A stretch of 23,531 nt of DNA from Ginkgo biloba (Eukaryota; Plantae; Ginkgophyta). The position numbers and the translations under genes were made by a program. Of the stretch, positions 1 to 11,450 are shown piece after piece. Numbering within the stretch: position 1 is the stretch's first letter; each line of letters starts with the position of its first letter. A model generated the notes under the pieces. That model saw nothing but the letters and a program-made list of their open reading frames with translations. It was not told where the DNA came from and searched no databases. The stretch spans positions 183,898,639-183,922,169 of the forward strand of contig JANKJI020000002.1 of NCBI GenBank assembly GCA_024626585.2, given 5' to 3'.

Positions 1-7
1 CCACATT

Positions 8-19
8 TGGTATCAGAGC
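8..19 (+). other. Primer-binding site complementary to initiator tRNA-Met
   Basis: Exact TGGTATCAGAGC, 2 nt after a CA dinucleotide. Confidence 0.9.
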
Positions 20-877
20 TAATCTCTAAATATCCACAGTCCATAGAGTATAGTCAGAAAATTGAAGCTTTTTTCACTAGGCTACTTGACATGATTTATC
101 ATAATGAACTACATTTCTTTTTTACATGCCCTAAAAGCCAACACAAGGGAGCTTTAAAAGAACCTAAGATTATGGGAGAAGTAGTTAATGGGGCTTGAAA
201 GTAGGAGAGGTGGATAGTGAGACATAAAACATGCTTTAATTGAAGATGTAACCAGTAATAAAAGCTAAGAAGAGTCAGAAGGATTCGAGCAAAGTTCGTC
301 GGAAACCATGCAATAGTCACATACCCCCTATAGTGTACGAAAGAATTCCTTATACAAGAATATGTTGAATTCAACTATTGATATGACGAACCTCCAACAA
401 GAGATTGCGTTAAGGGGCTATTTGGAAAATTTTTGTCCCCCACAACATGTGGGAGTAAGTTGGGTGCCAAACCAGAGTTAGCGTGGTAGCAGTAGCTTCG
501 TCGACAATCCAAATCGAACACGAACTCAGTTCAATACCAGAAGAAACTTGTTCAATATCAAGGATATGTCGACATATATAAGTAATGGGAAGATTCAATT
601 CATCACTGGAAAGAATATAGTGACCTTGAACAACCCATCCATTAGTATGGGCACGAGTTTGAATCAAAATAATCAATTCAACTTTAACCTTTTCATAACA
701 CATAATAAATCCAACCCTTGTTAGAACAACAATTGTGGTAGTCATATCAATTGTTTTGGTGGGTCCACTAGTCCAAGCCAATTTCAGTGGCAGTCTCTTC
801 AACTTATTTAGAGGGCTATTCAACACTTTTGTTGGCCTCAACTAGTTTGCTAATAATAATGCTACAAGTTGCAGGAA

Positions 878-1300
878 TATGGCTAATACAAATAACAATG
901 GAACGAATGCCATGACCCAACAAAGTAATGCTCCAAACATGAATGGGGTATGTTGAGGAAAAACATTGGTCCTAATTCTACGAACAATGGCAATAACAAC
1001 ACTCAATTCAACAACAATGTTGCTTTCAACCATCACCAAAACTTTCATGGAGGTAATACGGGGAAAAATTTTAGCAGCAACAAAGGGAACCCAAAATGTA
1101 TGGAGGTCATTCAACAATCATGGCAGTAACAATAATGGACGTGTTCACAACAACAACAATTCAATTTCATCAAAAGTGGACACTACAATGGAAACTTCAA
1201 CAACAATGGTAATTTCAATAATGGCGGTAACAGAGGAAACTTTAATGGGGGAGGCCATGGCAGTAACTCCAATGACTAGAATAATGGAGGAAATGACATG
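878..1300 (+). repeat. AAC/AAT/GGN-rich low-complexity coding remnant (Asn/Gly-rich) upstream of the gag core
   Basis: Across frameshifts it reads PNSTNNGNNNTQFNNNVAFNHHQNFHGGNTG...FNNHGSNNNG...GHYNGNFNNNGNFNNGGNRGNFNGGGHGSNSND*NNGGND. Confidence 0.7.
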
Positions 1301-1379
1301 TTGGATGTAATGGATGTAATTGCAGAGACAACGTAGGACACACCCCAATTTACACGGTTGTTGATAACTCACTATACCA

Positions 1380-1779
1380 CCTTATATATGAAGGCCTTCA
1401 TGATCTGTAAGAGCATTTAGCACTATTCGCCAATAATACTACTTAGTGATATATTGCCAAGGAAGAGGAAACCCTACTTTACTTAGCCAAGCCCTATTAT
1501 GGTTCTAGTGTGTGCATCACCAATCATGGTCAGCTATCCAAGAATTATTCTTGAATTGATTTCAAACTTTGCATGACCCCATCATTATATACAAAGCTTT
1601 GAAGGAAATCTAACAACAATTTGGTGAGATAGTCTACAACTATGATGAGAGACTTTAGGTGCTAGCATCAAAGTTGGATGGATAAAAAACAGTGTCAACG
1701 ATAGCCATGATTAACTACTTTGTTGATGGCCTATAATCTCCATGCCAAGAGAAAATTCGACACCCACCCCATAGAATGT
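1380..1779 (+). pseudogene. Retrotransposon Gag core (Retrotrans_gag-like), disrupted
   Basis: Manual translation LLSQALLWF*CVHHQSWSAIQELFLN*FQTLHDPIIIYKALKEI*QQFGEIVYNYDERL*VLASKLDG...INYFVDGL fits the A..WF...SW..L...FL..F...Q..GE.V..Y..R...F..GL pattern. Boundaries approximate. Confidence 0.8.
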
Positions 1780-2117
1780 NNNNNNNNNNNNNNNNNNNNN
1801 NNNNNNNNNNNNNNNNNNNNNNNNNNNNNNNNNNNNNNNNNNNNNNNNNNNNNNNNNNNNNNNNNNNNNNNNNNNNNNNCCATCCAATTGTCTTGTGGTA
1901 TAATTAGTTCACTGTGCTCACCGATTTCTTACCGTTATCACTTGAACCATGCAAACAACCTAAAATACTTATGCTAAGCACTTTATAAGGTGGCTTCTTT
2001 ATGCAATTTATCAGCTCCCTGCCACCATGAAGATTGAAGCTAATAATGATCATTCTTCATTAGATCTTACCCGAATCATGCTTCGAGTTGGGGCACATCT
2101 CACAAAACTGCCCATAA

Positions 2118-2215
2118 GAGTTCATTGTAGACCTAGTGACCATAATTCATAAAATTGCCCTAAAAAATAATGGTGTAAAGTTGGTTAGCAAGACACTTGA
2201 CACAAAAAAACAACA
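2118..2215 (+). pseudogene. Decayed nucleocapsid zinc-knuckle region
   Basis: RVHCRPSDHNS*NCPKK*WCKVG*QDT*H lies between gag and protease and retains partial C/H spacing. Confidence 0.4.
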
Positions 2216-2789
2216 AAACAAAGTTATGACGTTAATGTATGTATGCTAACTAGCAATGAAAACACAAACTAGGCAAAGCTAGACATTCCCAATCCGAAGA
2301 AAGAAATAGGTTGTGTCGACATTGCAAAGGAAGCACTAGAATTAGTAGAATGGGAAGCAAAGGCCAAACAAGAGGAGGCACAAAAACTCCTAGAAGAAGT
2401 AGAAAGATTACGCACCAAGAAGGCTCGAGAAGAAATTGAACAAGTTTGTTTGTAAGGAACAACCCACGAAGTCCTCAACAACTGCAACACCATTCAACAA
2501 GACCAAAAGGCCAGCACCAATACCTACAAAAATCACAATAGATTCAACTACATCCCTAATACTATCTACATTAATAAACACACAAAAATTGGAGATTCTT
2601 AAACAATTCACAAATGATCTAAAGTTGAGTATACCCTTGTCCATGCTTTTTTAGCTTTGGAAACCTAACCAATTATAGAAAATTACTCGAGTAGTTAGAG
2701 ATGACAAGATTGAATCGGTGAGATGGCAACGACCAAATTTGGATAGAGATCCACACATGTCAAAGCAATTGTTGGGATATACGACAGAT

Positions 2790-3110
2790 TACACGATTGT
2801 GGACGGTTCGATAGTACACATAGTGCTAGAAAATACTTGGAAGGCTATTGGAAGTCTGGCCATGACGCCTCCCCACAACATGTTAAGCATGGTTGATCAA
2901 TCCAAGTATGACCATTGGGAACAATTGAGAACATACCAATCATAGTGGTAAGAATAGTTGTCCTTCAAGATTTTTCTATATCAGGGATGCCTGCAAAAGG
3001 ACAATCATACCTAGCCTTACTTGCATGCAAATGGTGCATGAAACTAAGGCCATATAGGATTGGGGAAGCTGTACATTTACTTCATGACAAGGCAATAAAT
3101 CCGTAATATT
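2790..3110 (+). pseudogene. Retrotransposon aspartic protease (retropepsin), frameshifted
   Basis: IVDGSIVHIVLENTWKAIG...LSMVDQSKYD / LGTIENIPIIVVRIVVLQDF...SYLALLACKW resembles IVDGGS.VNI...L.MADQS..PLG...DF...LLGRPW. Confidence 0.8.
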
Positions 3111-4399
3111 GCCAATGGTTGTAGATGGATTAACCTATGTCAAAATGGAAGGGGATGCATCAAGCACAACAGTCTCTTACGAGGACACTGCCAATTCGTA
3201 TTTAGATTCTGTATATTATTGTGGGGCCTAGAATGATGAACCGCATGGACCCAACATCTAGGGTGAAATAGAAATCGACAATAGTTCGGTAGACAATGGC
3301 TTTGAATGTTTCATGGTTAATTTGTTAAACAAGGCTTACGAGCTTAATTAACCATGCTACAACATACATAGAAGCTATGATATTCTATTCAAAGAAGAGA
3401 CTGATAAACCCAAGGATAACATAATAATAAACTAGACATTAATACTAACCTAACCAAAAGAAAGTTCATGAAGAAAGTTGCTTATAGTAACATCTTGTAC
3501 ACTTGTTAGTTGGAGCAAGCTATGTTGTACAAATCAACACATAGAAGATGTCATAAGAAGCAACAGAAAACCCATAAACTAATTACCCAGTTAGGGAGGT
3601 GTATAGTTCCAAACTAAGAACAATAAAAGATGTGGATGAAGAGGAATTCGTTGTTAGATTAGCCAAATTAGGAAAAGTGTGGGCTTACACTAGATCTTAA
3701 TCAGTAGATATGGATAAAAGAGTTGATACACTACCAACAACTAGATAACAGATTAATGACAATTTGGGTGAATCATAATTGTAGGAGACGGTGCCACGAG
3801 TGAATCATTTAGTGANNNNNNNNNNNNNNNNNNNNNNNNNNNNNNNNNNNNNNNNNNNNNNNNNNNNNNNNNNNNNNNNNNNNNNNNNNNNNNNNNNNNN
3901 NNNNNNNNNNNNNNNNNNNNNNNNNAAATAAAAAAATGACGAAAACCCATAAAAATCAGAAAAATGCTAAAAAATAGTGGGTACAACCACTAATTTTATG
4001 ACTTCATGGGGTCTAGTTCACCCCCTTGTTAAGGCAAAGGCCAACAATATGTTAATCTCGTTGGGCATAACATGGTCATCTTTACAACAACATATGACCA
4101 TTGATGAAGGATGGATGAAATCTAGTAACAATGATAGACTAAGATAACAATATTGTAATGGAAATGAGAACAAATTGAGAAGGCTAAAAAATTGTTCATG
4201 GGTAAGGGGGCTTGGTTGGAGGCCAGGTTACTCTGCCCAAAATTTGAGCCATTCTCTACTTACCTTGCTTCAGTGAGGACACTCAAGACAATAGTATCTT
4301 GTGAGATGTTAGCAAGATTTTGATGACTAGACAAATTAGTCAAATAATGGCGAACCCGTACGATGACAAGTTATGGTGGTATCAAATGGCAGGGCAAAA

Positions 4400-4562
4400 T
4401 CAACCTAATGACATGGCATCCTTGTATAATGATGTGGTAGAACTAATTTGATGATGTGGCATCCTTGTATAATGGCACGATTGAACCAACTTGATGACAT
4501 GGCAACTTTGAGGGTACAACACATAATGTGGCAACTTTAGGAAAGTGGCACTCGACATGGTA
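4400..4562 (+). repeat. 43-bp tandem repeat (~3 copies) carrying GACATGGCA/GATGTGGCA motifs
   Basis: TGGCATCCTTGTATAATG at 4414 and 4457, TGGCAAC at 4500 (43-bp period). Confidence 0.85.
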
Positions 4563-4649
4563 GATGATGTCAGTTACCATTTACGTAGGTTGGAGTCAAC
4601 GTTAAACCACATGAATTGATTATTAACAACATTTATTGCTGGTAAAAAT

Positions 4650-4800
4650 TGGTCAAAGTCATAGAAAAAGGACAACATTCAGGTCTAAGGAGATTGTTGG
4701 TCAAAACTGGTCTGTTGTAGGAAAAGGACAACATTTAATGCTAAAGAAATCGTTGGTCAAAGTTTGCTAGTCATAAAAAAAGACAACATATAATGTTGTT
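4650..4800 (+). repeat. ~56-bp tandem repeat (3 copies)
   Basis: GACAACAT at 4671, 4727 and 4782, each after an A-rich run and a TGGTCAAA. Confidence 0.8.
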
Positions 4801-4849
4801 CAAAGTCATGGTTGAAGCTAGTTAAAGTCATGGTCAAAGCTTTGTTAAA

Positions 4850-4912
4850 GTCAACCTTAATTAAGGTGCATTGATGTTGGTCCATGTCGACCTTAATTAA
4901 GGTGCATTAATG
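4850..4912. repeat. 36-bp duplication, each copy containing the 14-bp palindrome ACCTTAATTAAGGT
   Basis: Palindrome at 4854-4867 and 4890-4903, both followed by GCATT. Confidence 0.9.
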
Positions 4913-5117
4913 CTTGTCAAAGTTGTGGTCAATACCTGGTCAAAGTTGTGCTCAACACTTGTCATAGCCAACCTGAATAAGTCACATGTATTAAAGATAA
5001 TGACGTAGGTCCTAACTTGCATATAGGTTTATTTAAGGGGAAATAAATGCTCCTTACAATAATTTATTACCCTAAATTGGGGCACAATTAATGAGAGAAT
5101 GATTAATGAAAAGGTGC

Positions 5118-5146
5118 TTAGGGTTAGGGTTAGGGTTACAACCCTA
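5118..5146 (+). repeat. (TTAGGG)3 TTA telomere-like run with adjacent inverted AACCCTA
   Basis: TTAGGGTTAGGGTTAGGGTTAC-AACCCTA read directly. Confidence 0.85.
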
Positions 5147-5968
5147 AAATAGAAAAGACATCTCAATTCATTTATTGAAAAGAGATAATATTGTAAATAG
5201 GAGAGAGAAAGTAAACTCTAAATGTGAGAGCAAAGTGCAAATGTCTAGGGTTTGGTGTGGAAGATCTAATCCTGGTATTTAATGCATTGTACTAGCCATT
5301 ATTGAAATAATAAAGGATGTTTGTACCCCAATTCTTGTGCAATTAATGTTCATGTTATTATGTCATACTATTATTGTGTGATTAATGCATACCTAATTGC
5401 TATGTATGAATGGTAAATCTTGTTGCTAACGTGGTTTCCAATCATGGGATTTGCATTTAGTCAACAATCCCTGCCCTTTACATCCCGTGGTGCAACTCTA
5501 ACTATTAGGAATCATAAATATAAGATGACATTGAGTGTGATAACACCACTCCATGTCTCATCCTTATAGGTAAAATATAAGCAATGGTTTAATCCTTTTC
5601 ATGCACAAGCACACAATCGCATGGCCACATAAATATACAACACAAAAAGGACAACCCAAGCCAAGGAACACTCTTACTGGTGACAAATGGAGCAATAAAC
5701 GCAAGCCAAGCACAAGTTAACTAACATAAGCTCTTTTGATTCTAGCACCTTGTCCAATGTCCTCATTACTTCATCATTCGGTCCATACCTCTCAAAAGGA
5801 TAAGGGAAGCTATGAAGTACTTGTCTTCATATGACACGAGTTCAAACGCTTATAGTATCTCTATATGTAAGTGTTGCAACTAGGGCCCAACACCTCATTG
5901 GCTCAAGTCATAGCCAAAATATAAACATTGTGTTCTTAAGATTTGACACATCGGTGATAGCCTCTCAA

Positions 5969-6534
5969 TGATTGTAGTTGTAGCAGATTAGTCTTTGGTT
6001 GTAGAGAGATTGTGCCCATTTTGGTCTTCGGTCATTACAGGATAAGTGTTCTACGGTTGCAGTAGTAATGTTAGTCTTTGGTTGTAGGAACACCGTTTAG
6101 TTGTTAGTTATAACAGATTGTTCCCTAGTCTAGACGTTGCACTTTGCTCTTTGGTCGTTAGACATCAAGGTGCCTATGCATAATTAAAAGTTGTAATTAA
6201 ATGTAATTAGTTACCTAGGAAAAGTGAGGACCTTTTGAATAGATAGAATAAGAAGGCATGTAAACTCTCATTATATTGAAGATGTAGGAATCATTATTCA
6301 TCTGTTGNNNNNNNNNNNNNNNNNNNNNNNNNNNNNNNNNNNNNNNNNNNNNNNNNNNNNNNNNNNNNNNNNNNNNNNNNNNNNNNNNNNNNNNNNNNNN
6401 NNNNNNNAGACTTGTTCTATAATTCTATGAGATAAACTACATGCACGCTCAAGCACCGAGGTTTTTCACAATCTAACTAGAATCTGTGGTTAAGTCATTG
6501 GGAGGTATTGATTCACCCACTAAAAAACAAATCA
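5969..6534 (+). mobile_element. 5' LTR of second element (contains a 100-N gap)
   Basis: TGATT...AATCA terminal inverted ends, internal TTAGTCTTTGGTTGTAG duplication, and a PBS 3 nt after the end. Confidence 0.6.
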
Positions 6535-6537
6535 AAG

Positions 6538-6548
6538 TGGTATCAGAG
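6538..6548 (+). other. Primer-binding site (tRNAi-Met)
   Basis: TGGTATCAGAG following ...AATCA-AAG. Confidence 0.85.
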
Positions 6549-6879
6549 AACAAGATCCTGATCTTGTGTTGAATGGTGTAAACCAAAATGGGATATTCAT
6601 TGAGTGGAGAGGCTTTGTTGCCTACATTGACGATCGATAGATTCAGAAGAATGGAAAAAAGAACAGAGGATAATATGGATGATGCTATTGAATAAAGATT
6701 CCAAGAGTTAGGGTCCAATATACAAAGCATTCTGTAATTATTATTGTAAATAAAAAAGTAGATAGATAGAACAAAAATTGAGTATGAGTTAGAGATATTG
6801 ACTAAAGATCAAGGAATTGTTAGCAGTTCCAAGATTGAGGAGGAGAAACACTTTATGTCAAAAGGAGACCCCCATTCTT

Positions 6880-7595
6880 CCAAAAGTTCATTTAGAGTTA
6901 ATACGAAGCTAGATANNNNNNNNNNNNNNNNNNNNGTTGAACAACTAGATAAGGCAATTGGAGGTATACTTTAGTTGTTATAGGTTCATAGATAAGGAGA
7001 AAATCTATTTCTCTCAGCTAAAAAGGAAAGGTTATGACTATTATGGTGAGAAATCCTATGCTAAGAAAGATCCCTCACAAATCAAAATCCTATGTGAGAT
7101 TGGGACGAATTCAATACTATTGTCAAAATCCAACTCTATTCCATGGGGTATTAAAAGGAATAGGAATTCAAATAGCATTACCTACAATAATGATAAGGAT
7201 AAAGAGTGCAAGAATACATTATTGAATTTTGCTAATGATGTATCCAGTTGAGGATAAATAATGATGATTGACAAATCCTAATGAAGTATCTTAGCAATTT
7301 GCATAGTAATATATGAAAGGAATTCATCTTGTTCGAGGTGAATTCACTGGATGAAGCATGCAAGAAGGCCATGTATATTAAAGTTAAGCATGGTAAAAGA
7401 TAGGCCAATATTGCTTGTATGGGTGTTTTCACTTCCAAGGTAGAAGGGAAAACTACTTTGTTGAAGAAGAAGATAAGACAATAATCAAGGATAAATTTTG
7501 ATCATACTATGTAGGTGCATCCTCACTATGAAAACTGTCAAAAGAATGGCCATATGAAGGACTAATATTGAAAACTACATCCAGAACTATGCTCG
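6880..7595 (+). pseudogene. Ty3/gypsy-like Gag with CCHC zinc knuckle, disrupted
   Basis: LEVYFSCYRFIDKEKIYFSQLK...WDEFNTIVKIQLYSMGY...RVQEYIIEF...LMKYLSNLHSNI*KEFILFEVNSLDEACKKAMYI. Knuckle at 7527-7589 reads YENCQKNGHMKD*Y*KLHPEL, consistent with CxxCxxxGHxxxxCWKLHPEL after G>A changes. Confidence 0.85.
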
Positions 7596-8149
7596 ACATA
7601 ACAACTTGTTAATCACGGAAGCGAGATCCAAATTCTTTGCAGAGGTTCATGAAAGATTTTTGGAAGAGGTTCCCATGGACCTGGTAAAGTGGTTGAACTA
7701 GCAAGAATGGTTCCCAAGAATAATTAGCAGGTGAGACAAAACTGTAACTACTTGGGATTTTTTGGTAATTAATTAGAATTGTATGATACTTACAAAAACA
7801 AAGGAAGAACTGAGGTGAATGATTGGTTCCANNNNNNNNNNNNNNNNNNNNNNNNNNNNNNNNNNNNNNNNNNNNNNNNNNNNNNNNNNNNNNNNNNNNN
7901 NNNNNNNNNNNNNNNNNNNNNNNNNNNNNNNATATTTAGAAAAGTTAGATATTAAAGGGTCAAGAATAAAAGTAGTTTATGAGTTAGATAAACTTCTAAA
8001 ATGGATCAAAAGATGGAAAAATTCCCAAGCTTCTAAACACATCAAGAACTTAGTCAAACTATAAAAAACTTATTAACGATAATGAAATCAAAGTGAGAAA
8101 AAAAGGCTAAAGAAATTGTATGTTATTGTGGAAAGTTGTTAAAATTCAT

Positions 8150-9139
8150 AAGAAGTTGTCAAAATGGAAATTTATAATGACTTCCAACATAGGAAATGAG
8201 GAATACTTCACTTTCAAAGAATTGTCCAAGAAAGAAAGAGAATCGAAGTTACTTGGGACTATCAAGTAAACGAGTGAAGTTGTACGAAGAATTGATGAAA
8301 GGAAGATAGACACTCTATAAGAATGGTTCTCGAATATGTTGGTTGAGCTTTGTATTGACAAAGTCATTGAGTAAAAAGGGAAAAAAAACACTAATTTGCA
8401 TGAAAGCTTCTTTGTGGTTGTAACTATCTTGATATGTATGTGGCTGATGAAGAAGGGCATTGACATGCTCCACAAGGATATGAAGAATTGAGCACCTTTC
8501 GACACTAAGGAGATTGCTTGAGGAGCTAGGAAATGCAAGTATAGAACAAAAGATTGACCGAGGATAAATGGTGGACCAATCATGAATAAGAGGCGTTTCC
8601 TTGAGGGAGAAGATGAAGGAAGAAAACCATGAAGGAAAGAACAATAAGGCTAGGCCAAGAAAAAGTAAGAGCAATAGACAATAGTAGTAATGAGAAGAGA
8701 TGCATTGAAGAAACGACAAAAGAGGACGTTCCAAGAAATCGAGATGAGTCGACAAGAGAGTGTTCCAGAAACGAAAGGACAAGATATGGTAATTGAAGCA
8801 TTAAAGGTCAATGAGCAAATGGACAAAGTTCTAGTGAAGAGAGGAAGAGATCGACCAAGGAAATACTATGGTTGACANNNNNNNNNNNNNNNNNNNNNNN
8901 NNNACAATAGGATGGCGATAAGGTTCCACGGAGAACAAGGAGGAAAGGAAGGTGGGACGATAATAAGGTACTGAGGTGGTAGAAAAACTGATCAAAGATA
9001 GCAGCCCTGAGAATGTCGTAGTCTATAGAATTGGGAAATCAACAATAAACATTAGAGAGTGAACCAGAGGATGAAGTTTGCAAACAAGAGGAAGAAGAAG
9101 AGGATCCAAAGGCAATAAATGCATCACTATTGGCTAGAG
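8150..9139 (+). pseudogene. Decayed ORF of unknown, probably transposon-derived, protein with charged tail and AT-hook-like motifs
   Basis: Strong purine bias; one frame is largely readable with scattered stops; KRGRDRPRKY at 8837-8866 and KARPRK at 8646-8663. Confidence 0.5.
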
Positions 9140-11450
9140 NNNNNNNNNNNNNNNNNNNNNNNNNNNNNNNNNNNNNNNNNNNNNNNNNNNNNNNNNNNNN
9201 NNNNNNNNNNNNNNNNNNNNNNNNNNNNNNNNNNNNNNNNNNNNNNNNNNNNNNNNNNNNNNNNNNNNNNNNNNNNNNNNNNNNNNNNNNNNNNNNNNNN
9301 NNNNNNNNNNNNNNNNNNNNNNNNNNNNNNNNNNNNNNNNNNNNNNNNNNNNNNNNNNNNNNNNNNNNNNNNNNNNNNNNNNNNNNNNNNNNNNNNNNNN
9401 NNNNNNNNNATTATGTGATATTATTACATATATTTTCGAACATAGTTTGTGATGGTTTTTAGGATCACGAGAGATGATATTATCTAATATTAATCTTATA
9501 ATATAAATTAAAATCTTTTGAAAAGGCTTTAGTTAATACCTTTTTTAATGCTTAATTGTTCTAAAACCTTTTAATCTTCTAGTAAAAAATATATGTACAA
9601 AGGACAAAATCAATGGAGTATAAAGCTATATGATAGCATATTTAACCCCATAGACATATATTTGGTTTGTTTGATTCAATGCTAGCTCAAATGTTTAAAT
9701 TTGTATTCTGTTTATACTATATTTATAGATTGCTTCAAACTTTTGCAAATAACATTGGTTTACTTTATTTTAATGGTACAATTCTTTGATGTAATACAAT
9801 TCCTAGACTCAAGCCTTAATCTTATTATGCAAATTCGTTGGTGGGCATCTCTGTAAACTAAAAATAAAAGTTGCAAGGTAGGTGAAATGGAATGATGAAA
9901 AAATATTTATTGTGTATGAAAGACATCAATGGGTCTCTCTCTATAAACTAGGCAAAAGAGTTACAAGGTGGGTTAAATTTAATGAAGAAAAAAGGCTTGT
10001 TGTGCTAATGAAATGCATATCAATAATGTATCAAGGGAATTGACCGAATGACATTTGCAAACATTGGAATGTAGGCCGAGTCAATATTTGTTACATATGT
10101 ATTAATGATTAGTTTACTTCATCTTATCTCTGGTAATGAGGTGCAAACATTCACTAGGTGTGGAAAATTCTCTTTATTTTGCTTAGTACGTGGTACTTTC
10201 AACGATGACTGCCCCCCGAAGTCTATCAACATATGCATAGAGTCTAGGACATTTGCAAGTTTAAATAAATCTCAAAGTTTGGACCTAAGGATTCCATAGT
10301 AGCTACTTTTTGTAGTGGCTGCTTAAGGTAGAGGCTTTGTTAACAATCCCTTATCAACTCTTTTGGTTGGTCACACAATCCTTATCCATAATATTTCTCC
10401 ATCATATAAAACTATTTGGCATCTATACTACGAACCTGAATGGGTTTGTAACTTTGTACCTAATTATGCTAAGATCACAACCAATTAAAGATAGCTAATC
10501 TCTAGAAAAATATTGACCAGGCCAATAAGCATTTTTTGGGATCTAATAAGACTTTCTATAAACACTTAAAGCCTCTACTCTAGGCATAGTCTGAATTGTT
10601 AATTTATCATATTTTATGCAACCACTCGATGAATAGATCTTTAAGTTCCATGCATTTATAAATGTGTTCGGCTTCCCCTTTTAGAATCACTTTGGAAAAT
10701 TTTCAAGCCCAATCTTTCCACCATTGAGGAGGCAGGTGAGCTAGCATTCTTAACTCAAAGTGGTCAGGAAACAAGGTGAAAAAAAAATCAATTATATATT
10801 TATCACTTATTACGATTGAATTCCTCCCAAATGGTGGTCCATGACTTCCATTTTCTTGCCTGAAATTCATATAGATACTTGATGCTCATAATTCCTTTCT
10901 TATCAAACTATTTGGCAGAAAACTAGGGAGAATCTCCCTAGCATGATCCCCCTTTTTGAATGAGAGGGGACCACCAAATTGATTATTTAGGGGCCTAAAT
11001 CCCTCTTATAATATATTCCCCTCTCCATATGATAATATGCTTATAGGCCTCCTAAGATCTCCAGATAGGCTTTAAAATTAAGGATCTAATAACCTATATT
11101 TTAGCAGGCATAAGGATGAAAGTTTGCAAGGGAAGATTGCTCTAACACTTTTTTCCATTGATACAACTTATGATTATATTATGCCTTATGATAAATTTTC
11201 TATACCTCACTCCCTCAATGGACCTGATGATCCNNNNNNNNNNNNNNNNNNNNNNNNNNNNNNNNNNNNNNNNNNNNNNNNNNNNNNNNNNNNNNNNNNN
11301 NNNNNNNNNNNNNNNNNNNNNNNNNNNNNNNNNACCGGTTCTAATTCAAATTGTCCTAACTTTCTAAATTAGTGGAAGTAATTTATTATTTAAATCACAT
11401 GTTATTAATTATTAACCCTAACAACTAGTCTAACCTACATGTGAAAGCTA

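Larger units (their letters stand above)
1..3815 (+). mobile_element. Degenerate Ty3/gypsy-like LTR retrotransposon, 5' internal part (LTR end, PBS, gag, protease)
   Basis: Window starts ...CCACA-TT-TGGTATCAGAGC (LTR end plus PBS). Stop- and frameshift-ridden gag and retropepsin motifs follow in order on the same strand. Superfamily is inferred from motif style because RT and integrase are not visible. Confidence 0.8.
4027..5466 (+). mobile_element. Probable solo LTR (~1.4 kb); left boundary uncertain
   Basis: Starts TGTTAA and ends ...TTTAGTCAACA. Contains tandem repeats (U3-like), a GA-rich segment and AATAATAAAG in LTR-like order. Flanks CCCCT and (A)TCCCT are only an imperfect TSD. Alternative start is ~5048, after the purine run AAGGGGGAAATAAA. 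Confidence 0.45.

Noticed and set aside
410-1372. Hydrophobic minus-strand ORFs resembling membrane proteins
   Set aside because: Antisense of AAC/AAT-rich sequence yields V/I/L runs artefactually.
4400-4965. CRISPR-like repeat array
   Set aside because: Degenerate tandem units without unique spacers, no cas genes, and a eukaryotic context.
5760-5930. Possible integrase C-terminal remnant on the minus strand (GP...AFEL)
   Set aside because: Too degenerate to support.
9119-9462. ORFs consisting mostly of X, here and at other gaps
   Set aside because: Artefacts of N-gaps.
10400-10600. Possible RT/RNase H remnant (FVPNYAKIT)
   Set aside because: Only one short motif with unrecognisable flanks; needs BLASTX.
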